64,000 nt of DNA, taken from positions 4,267 through 68,266 of the forward strand of contig JALHQL010000005.1 in assembly GCA_022841985.1 (NCBI GenBank), given 5' to 3'. Shown in pieces: positions 29,300-38,807 of this stretch. Under the pieces are notes generated by a model. That model made no database searches. It had not been told where the DNA came from and saw only the letters and a list, made by a program, of their open reading frames with translations. This DNA comes from Minisyncoccota bacterium. GTDB lineage: Bacteria; Patescibacteriota; Minisyncoccia; Phycocordibacterales; Phycocordibacteraceae. The translations under genes and the position numbers were made by a program. The stretch's first letter is position 1. Each line of letters opens with the position of its first letter.

Positions 29300-30070
29300 A
29301 TGCGAACCGCACTTATCGGAGGAGCTAGTAAGGGATTGGGATTGGGTTGCTGTAAAGCGCTTGCCATTGCAGGTCATCGTATTGTGATGTGTTCGAGGAA
29401 TAGTCATGATCTTGAGGCGGCGGCGCGCGAAGTAAGGACTCTCGGCAAAGGGGAGGTTATTGTGCATGCCTGCGACTTATCAAAAGAAACTGACCTCCGA
29501 AGTTTAGGAGAATGGCTCACTCGGGATGGTATTACCATTGATATTCTTGTAAATAATGTTGGTGGTCCACCTCCGAAAACAGTGACTCAGCTTACCGAGT
29601 CTGAATGGGAAGAGGGATTGGATCTATTGTTTCGTTCCACATTGCGTCTCTATGCGCTTGTGCTACCCAATATGCGGCAACAGAAATGGGGAAGAATCAT
29701 CAATATTCTTTCTACAACCGTAGTAGAACCGTCGCCAGCACTCGCCGTATCAAGCGTACTTCGCGCTGCTTTAGCGTCGTACGCAAAACTGACTGCAGGA
29801 GAAATATCTCGAGATGGTGTGACCGTGAATAGTGTGATGCCCAGTGGTTTTCTTACTGCGAGGACTGAAGAACTCATGGCTGATACAGCCAAGCGGGAAA
29901 ATAAAAGTATCGCGGAGGTACGTACTCATATCGAGTCGACATTACCCCTCGGTCGTTTTATGGATCCGATAGAATTAGGGAATTTTGTCGCGTATTTAGC
30001 GTCTGAGGATGCTTCTGGTATTACTGGCACGAATATCCCTGTCGACGGAGGATCTAAAAAGTCCGTCTAA
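29300..30070 (+). CDS. short-chain dehydrogenase/reductase (SDR)
   Basis: ALIGGASKGLGLGCCKALAIAGHRIVMCSR is the classical SDR Rossmann motif. Confidence 0.8.
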   Translation: MRTALIGGASKGLGLGCCKALAIAGHRIVMCSRNSHDLEAAAREVRTLGKGEVIVHACDLSKETDLRSLGEWLTRDGITIDILVNNVGGPPPKTVTQLTESEWEEGLDLLFRSTLRLYALVLPNMRQQKWGRIINILSTTVVEPSPALAVSSVLRAALASYAKLTAGEISRDGVTVNSVMPSGFLTARTEELMADTAKRENKSIAEVRTHIESTLPLGRFMDPIELGNFVAYLASEDASGITGTNIPVDGGSKKSV

Positions 30071-30148
30071 TTTCCATAGTGTAACCTCACAGGGGTTCTT
30101 TCTGTTGCATTTGTTACTTGCAGAACACGTATTCCGTAAACATCACTT

Positions 30149-32050
30149 ATGCCGCACAAACAAAACGAACAAAATATCGTATTCATTTCAGAAATGAAAC
30201 ACATAGATTTGCTCGAGCAGTTTTTTGCAGAGCATCCTATGATACGAGAAGAAGGCTGCCTTCTCATTCCTACCGAGCTTGAAATCGAGTATGCTCTTAC
30301 GGACAAAAGAATCCCGTTTCATTCAGGCAGGCTATATCGCACAAAAGACGCCTCCACCATGGTTCTTTCTGAGAAATGGTCCACATCGATTTTTGGAAGC
30401 AATCAGTGGTCATTTTTTACTTATCGAGGTGTATCTTTATCACAGCTCTATTTCGTCCCATTGCAGGGCTATATGGCTTACGCAATTTATTGTGCCGCCA
30501 TCGTGACGAATGTACTGTCTGTACATACTCATGCTAAGCGTCTCGTGGCTTTCTCTTCATTTATTGGAGAGCCAACAAAAGGGAGTACGTTGGCGGGTCC
30601 TCAAATCAGGGTGTTTAGTGATGTGATCAAGTGTATCGCTACTGAGAAGGGTATCGAATCAATTGTTGTGGCGTCGTCCATACCGCCTGCTGTCAAAATC
30701 GAATCGGTAACATTTACGCTTCAGCGAGCACTCTTCAGCATAGGGGTACGAATACTTAATTCATGCATTAGGCTCTTTCGCCGTCCGCGGCGTATACGTG
30801 CGCTTGTAAGTGATTATTGGAAGAATATTGCGCCCTATGCTGCGTATCTTGATGACTCTCTCGAAATAATACTCGTAGACAGAAAAGAGGCACTCAAGGC
30901 GGGACTTTCGAACATTTGGAAATTTCGTATGCGTTTCTTACATCTCGATGCCTTTTCTTCGAGTGGTTCATCAGAGTGCCTTACAGCTCGTACGTATATT
31001 GAAAGAGAGTATAAGTTTTTGAGAAAAAATACGGAACTGCCAATGTGCGATTTCCAAGGTATCTCTCTGCGGCCACTCGTTTCTCAAGCACTCGACCTTA
31101 TAGTGGCAGAAGTCCTGACGGAGACTCTTAAGGACATTGATGATGCACACAGTATGTTTGAGCGAGTCAAGCCACATATCGTGCTTTTGCGCGCGACGAT
31201 TAGCAATCAAACGCACTTTGTCATTCTTGCTCAAGTCGCTCGCGCCCGTAACGTCCCTTCTCTTGAGGTCCAGCACGGACTTGAGTACAACGGTCCAGGA
31301 TCCTTTACTCGTCGGCATAGCGCGGAATATATGGGAGTGTATGGATTGTTTACACAAAGAGAAATGAAGTCAACTGGCGACAATCGTAGTACGCCTATAA
31401 TAATCGGCTCTCCACGTTTCGATGTGTATGCTGCATCTGCGAACTGGAAATCTGTAAAGACGCCGGGTAAAACTGTATCTTTTCTCTGTATCGCGAATGC
31501 TATCGAGACGGTCGCTGATGCCGACGCCTATGCATTTGAAGAGTATTTCTCTGCGATTGCGATTGCACTTAAGGACATACCGAATGCGCGCGTTATTGTA
31601 AAACTTCGCCCGGGAGATAATGTCAGGAATGTTCTTGCCCGCAGGATCGTTGCTTCTACTCTTGGTGACATTCCTTACATAATCGCTCACAATGAACCTC
31701 TCTCTGAGCTTTTCTCTAATGCGGATGTGGTCATATCTGGCTATACAACCGCAGCAATAGAGGCGATGCAGTGCGGTAAGCCGTTGGTATACCTAGGTCT
31801 CTCCTCCATTGAGAAGCTTTTCGGGCTGCATCATTTTCCCGAGTATGCAGAAAATAATGCGATGCGTCTGGCAACGACCACAGAGGATCTCACGCGCATT
31901 CTCAAAGAGTTGTCTATGCATCCAGATGTGCGCGCAGAAATCGCCGTACACGCAGTCGCATTTTTGAAACGCGAATATGTCTTTGATGGGCATGCGAGCG
32001 AACGGATGGCAAACTTAATACTCTCGCTTGTGGGCGACAAGAAACAATAG
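30149..32050 (+). CDS. hypothetical protein, possibly a TagF/capsule-synthesis-like GT-B transferase
   Basis: The EVQHGLEY His-Gly motif and the C-terminal LFSNADVVISGYTTAAIEAMQCGKPLVYL resemble glycerophosphotransferase/KpsS-type families. The assignment is weak. Confidence 0.35.
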   Translation: MPHKQNEQNIVFISEMKHIDLLEQFFAEHPMIREEGCLLIPTELEIEYALTDKRIPFHSGRLYRTKDASTMVLSEKWSTSIFGSNQWSFFTYRGVSLSQLYFVPLQGYMAYAIYCAAIVTNVLSVHTHAKRLVAFSSFIGEPTKGSTLAGPQIRVFSDVIKCIATEKGIESIVVASSIPPAVKIESVTFTLQRALFSIGVRILNSCIRLFRRPRRIRALVSDYWKNIAPYAAYLDDSLEIILVDRKEALKAGLSNIWKFRMRFLHLDAFSSSGSSECLTARTYIEREYKFLRKNTELPMCDFQGISLRPLVSQALDLIVAEVLTETLKDIDDAHSMFERVKPHIVLLRATISNQTHFVILAQVARARNVPSLEVQHGLEYNGPGSFTRRHSAEYMGVYGLFTQREMKSTGDNRSTPIIIGSPRFDVYAASANWKSVKTPGKTVSFLCIANAIETVADADAYAFEEYFSAIAIALKDIPNARVIVKLRPGDNVRNVLARRIVASTLGDIPYIIAHNEPLSELFSNADVVISGYTTAAIEAMQCGKPLVYLGLSSIEKLFGLHHFPEYAENNAMRLATTTEDLTRILKELSMHPDVRAEIAVHAVAFLKREYVFDGHASERMANLILSLVGDKKQ

Positions 32051-32062
32051 TAATTTTAGACC

Positions 32063-32677
32063 ATGGTAACTATCGTCGATTATGGGCTCGGCAATCTTTT
32101 TTCGGTCGCCAAGGCTTTTGAGAGCATTGGTATTCCGGTGCGCATATCGGCCGATCCAAAAGACCTTAAAGATGCGAGTCATATCGTCCTTCCAGGTGTT
32201 GGAGCCTTTCCTCGTGGCATGCAAAACTTAAAAAGCGAAGGCTTACTCGAGACGCTTGAGGAGGAAGTGCTAGGGAAGAAGAAGCCGTTTCTTGGGATAT
32301 GTCTCGGACTGCAACTTCTCGCCGATAAGGGATACGAGTATGAAGAATCTGCAGGTATCGGTTGGATCAAAGGCGAAGTTAGGATTCTCGATGTCGAACG
32401 GCAAGGGCTTAAAGTTCCACATATTGGTTGGAATAATCTTTCTTTAAAGAAAGAGTCGCAACTGTTCAAAAAAATAAAGCCAGACGCAGACTTTTATTTT
32501 GTGCATAGTTACCAATTGCATTGTGCCGATAAGGAGGACATCGTTGCCACAACGATGTACGGTGAAGAAATTACAGCGGTAATAGAGCACGAGAATATTT
32601 GCGCTGTCCAATTTCATCCAGAAAAAAGCCAAGATGCAGGCCTCACCTTACTTGAGAACTTTTACCAGTATGCTTAA
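32063..32677 (+). CDS. hisH: glutamine amidotransferase, HisH-like (imidazole glycerol phosphate synthase subunit paralog, WbuY-type)
   Basis: MVTIVDYGLGNLFSVAKAF...HIVLPGVGAF...GICLGLQLL...HSYQ shows the class I GATase triad context. Confidence 0.85.
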   Translation: MVTIVDYGLGNLFSVAKAFESIGIPVRISADPKDLKDASHIVLPGVGAFPRGMQNLKSEGLLETLEEEVLGKKKPFLGICLGLQLLADKGYEYEESAGIGWIKGEVRILDVERQGLKVPHIGWNNLSLKKESQLFKKIKPDADFYFVHSYQLHCADKEDIVATTMYGEEITAVIEHENICAVQFHPEKSQDAGLTLLENFYQYA

Positions 32678-33428
32678 AGTTCGACTCATTCCAACCCTGC
32701 TTTTAAAAGACAGCAGGATGATAAAGACGAAACGGTTCGGGGAATATCGCGATGTTGGGAATCCTCGTACGGTCGCCAAAGTATACGACGCTCAGAAGGC
32801 GGATGAACTTATTTTTCTTGATATTGCCGCGACGCAAGAAAATAGACACTTCTTACTCGAAACAATCAAGACGGTTGCTGAAGAGTGTTTTATGCCGCTC
32901 ACTGCTGGTGGCGGCATAAAGAATGTGGCGCAAGCGCGAGAAATTTTGCAACATGGTGCAGACAAAATCGCGATTAATTCAGCTGCCATTGAAACACCGG
33001 AATTCATTACGGAGCTCTCAAAAGCGTTTGGAAAATCAACCGTAATTGTCTCAATAGATTTCAAAAAAAATGCCAACCAGAAAAAAGAAGTGTTCTCAAA
33101 TCGCGGTACGATAGCAACCGGTTTAGATCCGGTTGCGTGGGCGCGAGAGGTCGAACAACGTGGCGCAGGAGAAATCCTACTCACATCCATTGACCGTGAG
33201 GGTACTATGACTGGGTATGATCTCGATATGATCAGTGCGGTTACGGGAGCAGTATCTATCCCAGTCATCGCCTCGGGCGGCGTAGGGACCATTCAGGACC
33301 TCGTGGACGGCATAAAAATCGGTAAGGCTTCGGCAGTTAGTGCTGCTAGCATATTTCACTTTACTGACCAGACTATCTTCAAGGCACATTCGCATATGAA
33401 GCAAGCTGGGCTTGCAGTGCGCAAATGA
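32670..33428 (+). CDS. hisF: cyclase subunit, HisF-like (WbuZ-type)
   Basis: RLIPTLLLKDSRMIKTKRFGEYRDVGNPRTVAKVYDAQKADELIFLDI is the canonical HisF N-terminus. The start was placed at Met 32670; ORF track gives 32634. Confidence 0.85.
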   Translation: MLKVRLIPTLLLKDSRMIKTKRFGEYRDVGNPRTVAKVYDAQKADELIFLDIAATQENRHFLLETIKTVAEECFMPLTAGGGIKNVAQAREILQHGADKIAINSAAIETPEFITELSKAFGKSTVIVSIDFKKNANQKKEVFSNRGTIATGLDPVAWAREVEQRGAGEILLTSIDREGTMTGYDLDMISAVTGAVSIPVIASGGVGTIQDLVDGIKIGKASAVSAASIFHFTDQTIFKAHSHMKQAGLAVRK

Positions 33429-33964
33429 CATATTTCCTGCGTATGAAAACTTTCATTGGCGCGAGAATATATCTACGGCCAATGACCGAAGCTGACGCCA
33501 CTGAGCGTTACGCTAGCTGGCTGAATGATTCGGAGGTAAACAGGTATCTTGCTACCAAAAGTGCAACCGTGCCGGAATTGCGCGCATACATCGCCTCAAA
33601 AAATTCTCAGCCGGGTACTCTGTTGTTTGGAATTTTTTTGAAGGAAAAGGATACGCATATTGGTACTATAAAATTGGACTCGATTGATACCGTGAATAAA
33701 AAAGCCACCATTGCTATAATGCTTGGAGACAAACAGCAGTGGGGAAAAGGCTTGGCGCAGGAAGCCATGTCTCTCCTTATCGGCTACTGTTTCAAGGATT
33801 TGCAGCTAGTGGAAATTAATTTAGGTGTCGTGGCGCAAAATGAAGCAGCGATACAAACGTATGTTACATTGGGCTTTAAGGAAGTGCAGAGAGAAATGAG
33901 GGCGGTACACTATCCAAACGGAGTTTTCGATCAAGTAACAATGACCATACACAACCATGCGTAG
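33425..33964 (+). CDS. GNAT-family N-acetyltransferase (PseH/RimL-like)
   Basis: A 179-aa GNAT fold (QQWGKGLAQEAMSLLIGYCF). ATGA overlap with hisF. Confidence 0.7.
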   Translation: MTYFLRMKTFIGARIYLRPMTEADATERYASWLNDSEVNRYLATKSATVPELRAYIASKNSQPGTLLFGIFLKEKDTHIGTIKLDSIDTVNKKATIAIMLGDKQQWGKGLAQEAMSLLIGYCFKDLQLVEINLGVVAQNEAAIQTYVTLGFKEVQREMRAVHYPNGVFDQVTMTIHNHA

Positions 33965-35105
33965 ATGTACGAAATGCGTGATGCTCGAGACTCAAGACAT
34001 GATCAGTTTTGATACTGAAGGCGTGTGTGCTACTTGTCGCCAACTCGAATATAAGCAGCAAAAAATAGATTGGGTAGAACGCGAAAAGGAATTGGTACGA
34101 GTGTTAGATGAGTATCGTGGAAAGGGTACGCATGACTGCATCATTCCTTTCAGTGGAGGGAAGGACAGCACTTTCCAGGCATACACACTTGCGCGGAAGT
34201 ACAAGATGCGCCCACTCATTGTTCGATTTGATCATGGATTCATGCGGCCGCAAGTCATCGAGAACACAGAGCGAACTATAAAAAAATTAGGGGTGGATTA
34301 TATCTTATTTAAACCAGATTGGCAGACAGTAAAAAAACTGATGCGAGAATCGTTTATACGGAAGGGGGACGTCATGTGGCATTCTCATTGCGGCATATAT
34401 GCATATCCTATGCATATGGCGGTCAAATTTAATATCCCGCTCATTATTTGGGGTGAACCGACATCTGAATATGTGAGTTATTACGGGTACGATGAGGATG
34501 AGATGGTGGATGAGAAAAGATTTAATCGCGTCGTGAATATGGGCATCAATGCCGAGGATATGGTCGGTATGTTGGATGGTAGTGTTACGATGCGCGACCT
34601 TTGGCCATATACCTACCCAGCGCTCAAAGATTTGAAAGCTATAAAATATCGCTCTATTTGTCTTGGGAATTACATTCCGTGGGATACACGAGAACAATCT
34701 GAACTAATACGCAAAGAACTTGGGTGGCAAGGTGCACCAGTTGAGGGAATTCCTTACGAACGATACTGGTACGAAAAAATAGAAGATGCATTCCAGGGAG
34801 TTCAAGATTACTTGAAGTGGATCAAGCGTGGCATGTCGCGTATGACTCACTTAGCATCGATTGATATCAGGAACGGTCGCATGACTCGTGAAGAGGGATT
34901 GCAGATGATTGCACAGTATGAAGGCTTCCGGCCTGCGAGTCTCGACGTCTTTTTAAAGGCAATGAATATGAGCGAAGAGGAGTTTAATCGAATTGCACTC
35001 ACGCACGTGGTTGCTCCGTACGCGGGTCCTGATTTCAAGAATGTGAAGCGTGGGCCCGAGCTTCCGGACCAAAAATTTTGGACGATTAACAACGACCAAG
35101 GATGA
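33957..35105 (+). CDS. N-acetyl sugar amidotransferase (PP-loop ATPase, WbuX/WbpG/PseA-like)
   Basis: N-terminal Cys ribbon CTKCVM...CATC followed by the PP-loop SGGKDST. Confidence 0.8.
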   Translation: MRRCTKCVMLETQDMISFDTEGVCATCRQLEYKQQKIDWVEREKELVRVLDEYRGKGTHDCIIPFSGGKDSTFQAYTLARKYKMRPLIVRFDHGFMRPQVIENTERTIKKLGVDYILFKPDWQTVKKLMRESFIRKGDVMWHSHCGIYAYPMHMAVKFNIPLIIWGEPTSEYVSYYGYDEDEMVDEKRFNRVVNMGINAEDMVGMLDGSVTMRDLWPYTYPALKDLKAIKYRSICLGNYIPWDTREQSELIRKELGWQGAPVEGIPYERYWYEKIEDAFQGVQDYLKWIKRGMSRMTHLASIDIRNGRMTREEGLQMIAQYEGFRPASLDVFLKAMNMSEEEFNRIALTHVVAPYAGPDFKNVKRGPELPDQKFWTINNDQG

Positions 35106-35153
35106 TATCCATATTACCTCAAATGTAGTTGAACTGTTATAGTGGGTGTCACT

Positions 35154-36464
35154 ATGAAAGGGAAGGGTCAGAAACTATGGGAGAAGGCAAAAAAGCTCAT
35201 TCCAGGCGGGAGTCAATTACTCTCGAAGCGGGCGGAGCTCTTCGCTCCGGAACAGTGGCCGGCTTATTACTCGCGCGCAGAAGGGGCGTACATATGGGAT
35301 CTCGACGGGAACAAATATCTCGACATGCTCAACATGGGAATTGGGAGCTGTATGCTTGGCTATGCCGACAAGGATGTGAATAAAGCGGTCATTGATGTCG
35401 TCAACCGAGGCTCAATGACAACACTCAATGCCCCACAGGAAGTGGAGCTCGCTGAGCTGCTGCTTTCGCTGCATCCGTGGGCGGGGATGGTGCGTTACGC
35501 GCGCACAGGTGGTGAGTCTATGGCAGTTGCGGCGCGTATTGCACGTGCGTATACCGGGCGTGATACGATCGCTTTCTGTGGGTATCACGGTTGGGCTGAT
35601 TGGTATCTCGCGACAAATTTAGGGACGAAAGATGAACTTGCGGATCATTTGCTCGCAGGACTAGAACCGAAAGGAGTTCCAAAAGGTTTGGCAGGCACCA
35701 TGCTTCCATTTCATTACAATAAGATAGAGGAGCTTGAAGCCATCGTTGCGAAAAATCCGAACCTTGCGGCTATCTGTATGGAACCGATGCACGGTGAATA
35801 TCCCCGCGATGGTTTTCTAGAAAAAGTGCGAGAAATCGCCACACGAATTGGGGCAGTGCTGGTGTTTGATGAAATCACTATAGGATTCCGGCTTGCCGTT
35901 GGAGGATCGCATCTGGCGCTTGGTATTGAACCGGATATGGCGATATTCGGTAAAGGTATGAGTAACGGGTATGCCATGGCGGCCATTGTTGGTAAAAGTG
36001 AAATTATGCAGGCCGCTCAAGATACGTTTATATCGAGCACCTATTGGACCGAAGCAATAGGGCCAGCAGCGACAGTGGCAGCAATTACTAAGATGCAGAA
36101 AATTCGTTTGCCTGAGCATCTCGCGCGAATTGGCGGGAAGATTAAAGAAATTTGGGACACAACGTCCACTCGCTACAATCTCACTACTACTTCGAGCGAA
36201 GTGCTCCCACTCCTATTTTTCTCATTTAAAGATGGAGATGGTGCGATCATGAAGACGCTATTTGTACAGGAAATGTTGAAGCGTGGCATACTCGCGACGA
36301 CGCAATTTTATGCCTCCTATGCGCATACTGACAAACACGTGGAGGAGTATGCTAAAGCGCTCGACGAGGTATTTTCACTCATGAGTACGGCAGTCAGAGA
36401 AGGGAAGACGAAAGACCTCCTTGAGGGATCAGTCGCGCATTCAGGTTTTCAGAGACTTAACTGA
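35154..36464 (+). CDS. class III (PLP-dependent) aminotransferase, glutamate-1-semialdehyde aminomutase-like
   Basis: AEGAYIWDLDGNKYLDMLNMGIGSCMLGY...VFDEITIGFR shows class III aminotransferase signatures. A GTG alternative start lies at 35142. Confidence 0.8.
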   Translation: MKGKGQKLWEKAKKLIPGGSQLLSKRAELFAPEQWPAYYSRAEGAYIWDLDGNKYLDMLNMGIGSCMLGYADKDVNKAVIDVVNRGSMTTLNAPQEVELAELLLSLHPWAGMVRYARTGGESMAVAARIARAYTGRDTIAFCGYHGWADWYLATNLGTKDELADHLLAGLEPKGVPKGLAGTMLPFHYNKIEELEAIVAKNPNLAAICMEPMHGEYPRDGFLEKVREIATRIGAVLVFDEITIGFRLAVGGSHLALGIEPDMAIFGKGMSNGYAMAAIVGKSEIMQAAQDTFISSTYWTEAIGPAATVAAITKMQKIRLPEHLARIGGKIKEIWDTTSTRYNLTTTSSEVLPLLFFSFKDGDGAIMKTLFVQEMLKRGILATTQFYASYAHTDKHVEEYAKALDEVFSLMSTAVREGKTKDLLEGSVAHSGFQRLN

Positions 36465-37185
36465 GCAAATCTTTTATTTTTTTCTTGATCATCTCGCGAT
36501 TTTGGTATATCAGTTCTCCAACCACAAAATCTTGAGGATCGTCTAAGTCCACCGCCCTCCAGCGCTCTATTTCATAGCCGATGAGTTTGCCACCAAGAAA
36601 GGAGCGTTCGCGACGCAGGGTGTCTGTTTTAATCAGATAAATCATGCAGCCATCGAGCTTGTAGAATGTTGGAAGCGACTGTCGATTTGTACCCGATTTG
36701 TACCCGTCATATATTGTTTGAATAACATCGTCAGAGTTTTTGCTAAAGAGGCTATTTTCCGTACGGCAGAGACTTACAAGCGAGTCACCACCACGTTCCT
36801 GTAAAAGCTTAATTGCGTGTTCAATATCACCCACTTCGCGCATCGGTGAAGTTGCCTGTAGTAAGAGTACATGTGAGGGAGTGTATCTCTCATTGTCACG
36901 CAAATAATCGAGCATATGGAAGACAGCGTCTATGAGTGCACTAGCATCCCCCGCGAATTCTGCAGGGCGCATAATTGGAACCTCGGCGCCATATTTCAGG
37001 GCGACAGACGCAATTTCTTTATCATCGGTTGATACGACAACACGTCCGACGCTTGTGGCAGCCTTTGCGACTTCGATAGTGTGTGCGATGAGTGGCTTCC
37101 CTGCAAAAAGTCGAATATTTTTTCTTGGAATTCCTTTTGAACCGCCACGTGCGGTAATGAGTGCAAGTATATTGGATTTGTTCAT
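36457..37185 (-). CDS. CMP-nonulosonic acid synthetase (acylneuraminate cytidylyltransferase family)
   Basis: ILALITARGGSKGIPRKNIRLFAGKPLIAHTI is the CMP-NeuAc/KDO synthetase signature. Confidence 0.85.
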   Translation of the reverse strand: MNKSNILALITARGGSKGIPRKNIRLFAGKPLIAHTIEVAKAATSVGRVVVSTDDKEIASVALKYGAEVPIMRPAEFAGDASALIDAVFHMLDYLRDNERYTPSHVLLLQATSPMREVGDIEHAIKLLQERGGDSLVSLCRTENSLFSKNSDDVIQTIYDGYKSGTNRQSLPTFYKLDGCMIYLIKTDTLRRERSFLGGKLIGYEIERWRAVDLDDPQDFVVGELIYQNREMIKKKIKDLLS

Positions 37186-37194
37186 TGTGGTAGT

Positions 37195-37956
37195 ATGGTG
37201 CCACGTATGTCTCTATCGAACAAGGTCGTCGTCGTCGTGGGGGGAGGAGGGCTTCTCGGCTCGGAATTTGTACGCGCGTGTATAGCCGAGGGCGCGCGCG
37301 TTGTGGTGGCAGATATCAATGAGCCCGCTGTGCTTCTAGAAGGAGCGACCTTTATTCGCTCTGACGCGACGAACGAAGAAGCTGTAAAAGCTCTCGCAAG
37401 TAAAGTCAAAAAGGATTTTAAGAAAATCGATGCAGTAATAAATGCTGCCTATCCGTCAGGCACCAAAGTGAAACAGAACGGAAAATTTGAGGATGGCAGT
37501 ATCGACGATATGCTTGAGAACGCATCAATGCATTTACGGATATGCTTCAATATGGTGCGCGCGTTCGCTCCGATATTTACCGAACAAAAAAACGGATCCA
37601 TCGTTTTCCTGTCCTCGATGTACGGTGTTGCAGCAGTACGTTTCGAGCTTTACGAGGGGTTGTCTATGATGCAGCCCGCGGAATATACAGCCGCCAAGGG
37701 TGGTGTCATCGCGGTTACTCGTTATTTCGCTTCTCTCTTGGGTAAACACGGTATTAGAGTAAATGCGATTTCCCCGGGCGGTATCGTTGGTGAATATCCG
37801 CAATCGTTTGTGGACGCTTATAATAAACATCTCCTTTTGGGTAAGGGGCTGCTTCTCCCTAAGCACGTAAGTGGGGCAGTCGTCTTCTTGTCATCCGATG
37901 CGTCAGAAATGATGACGGGGCAAAATTTGATTATTGACGGCGGTTGGACGGTATAA
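37195..37956 (+). CDS. short-chain dehydrogenase/reductase (SDR)
   Basis: KVVVVVGGGGLLGSEFVRACIAEGARVVVADIN with a downstream YTAAK catalytic motif. It is 9 bp from the divergent cytidylyltransferase gene. Confidence 0.8.
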   Translation: MVPRMSLSNKVVVVVGGGGLLGSEFVRACIAEGARVVVADINEPAVLLEGATFIRSDATNEEAVKALASKVKKDFKKIDAVINAAYPSGTKVKQNGKFEDGSIDDMLENASMHLRICFNMVRAFAPIFTEQKNGSIVFLSSMYGVAAVRFELYEGLSMMQPAEYTAAKGGVIAVTRYFASLLGKHGIRVNAISPGGIVGEYPQSFVDAYNKHLLLGKGLLLPKHVSGAVVFLSSDASEMMTGQNLIIDGGWTV

Positions 37957-37994
37957 ATTAGCAACCTTAATACCTGGAATATGGTTGTAGAGAT

Positions 37995-38807
37995 ATGGTG
38001 AGAACGAGTCAAGTCCTAGTGCTGGGTGGAAATGGATTCATAGGTGAGCCACTTGTAAAAGCTTTGCGGGAAGGGGGTATAAATGTTACAGCGCCAACTC
38101 AAGCTGAACTTGATATTGAGACTGAGCCACAAAAACTCGCCGAAATTCTCAAAAATTATGACACACTCATAATATTGACACAGCCAAACGAAAAAGGCAT
38201 AATGAACATCGTTTCGGCACTCGCTCTTTCCAATGTGCAACACGTTCTCTATGCTTCAACGGTGTTGGTTTATGGCTCAAGTAAAGAGCCCCAGCGTGAA
38301 GATGTCTCTCCGTCGCCGGCATCTGAATATGCAAGAAAAAAATATGCGGAAGAAGAAATACTACGTCGTAGCACAGTTCCACTTACCATAGTTCGACTGG
38401 GTAATGTGTATGGCGGCCCCAAAAACAAAGGAATTGTGCAGAAGGCCATAGAGGCTCTTTATAAAAACGAACCACTCCAAACGAGTGGCGAAGACCAAGT
38501 AAGGGACTTCGTGCACGTGGATGATGTTGTTGCAGCTGTAATCGCATTACTCAAATTGCTTCCGGAACGGTCCCGAGTTGTAAATATTATGACAGGTATA
38601 GGGACCACAATAGGAAATATGTTCAAAACGCTTGAACATGTGAGCGGGAAAAACCTCATCAAGATAGTTGGCCCTGAAGGAGAGCAGGTACACACCATCG
38701 GAAATGTCGATACTCTCCGGATACTCACCGGCTTCTCTCCGCGAATAACACTTCAAGAAGGTTTGGGAAAAACACTACATGCATATGACCGATCAATTCA
38801 AAAATAA
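37995..38807 (+). CDS. NAD-dependent epimerase/dehydratase family protein (short)
   Basis: VLVLGGNGFIGEPLVKAL is a Rossmann motif, with a YARKK catalytic Y-x3-K. Confidence 0.65.
   Translation: MVRTSQVLVLGGNGFIGEPLVKALREGGINVTAPTQAELDIETEPQKLAEILKNYDTLIILTQPNEKGIMNIVSALALSNVQHVLYASTVLVYGSSKEPQREDVSPSPASEYARKKYAEEEILRRSTVPLTIVRLGNVYGGPKNKGIVQKAIEALYKNEPLQTSGEDQVRDFVHVDDVVAAVIALLKLLPERSRVVNIMTGIGTTIGNMFKTLEHVSGKNLIKIVGPEGEQVHTIGNVDTLRILTGFSPRITLQEGLGKTLHAYDRSIQK

Noticed and set aside
32063-33428. Annotating hisH/hisF as histidine biosynthesis genes
   Set aside because: No other his genes flank them. They are sandwiched with a WbuX-type PP-loop amidotransferase and a GNAT inside a glycan locus. 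This matches the known LPS acetamidino-sugar module and not the histidine operon.
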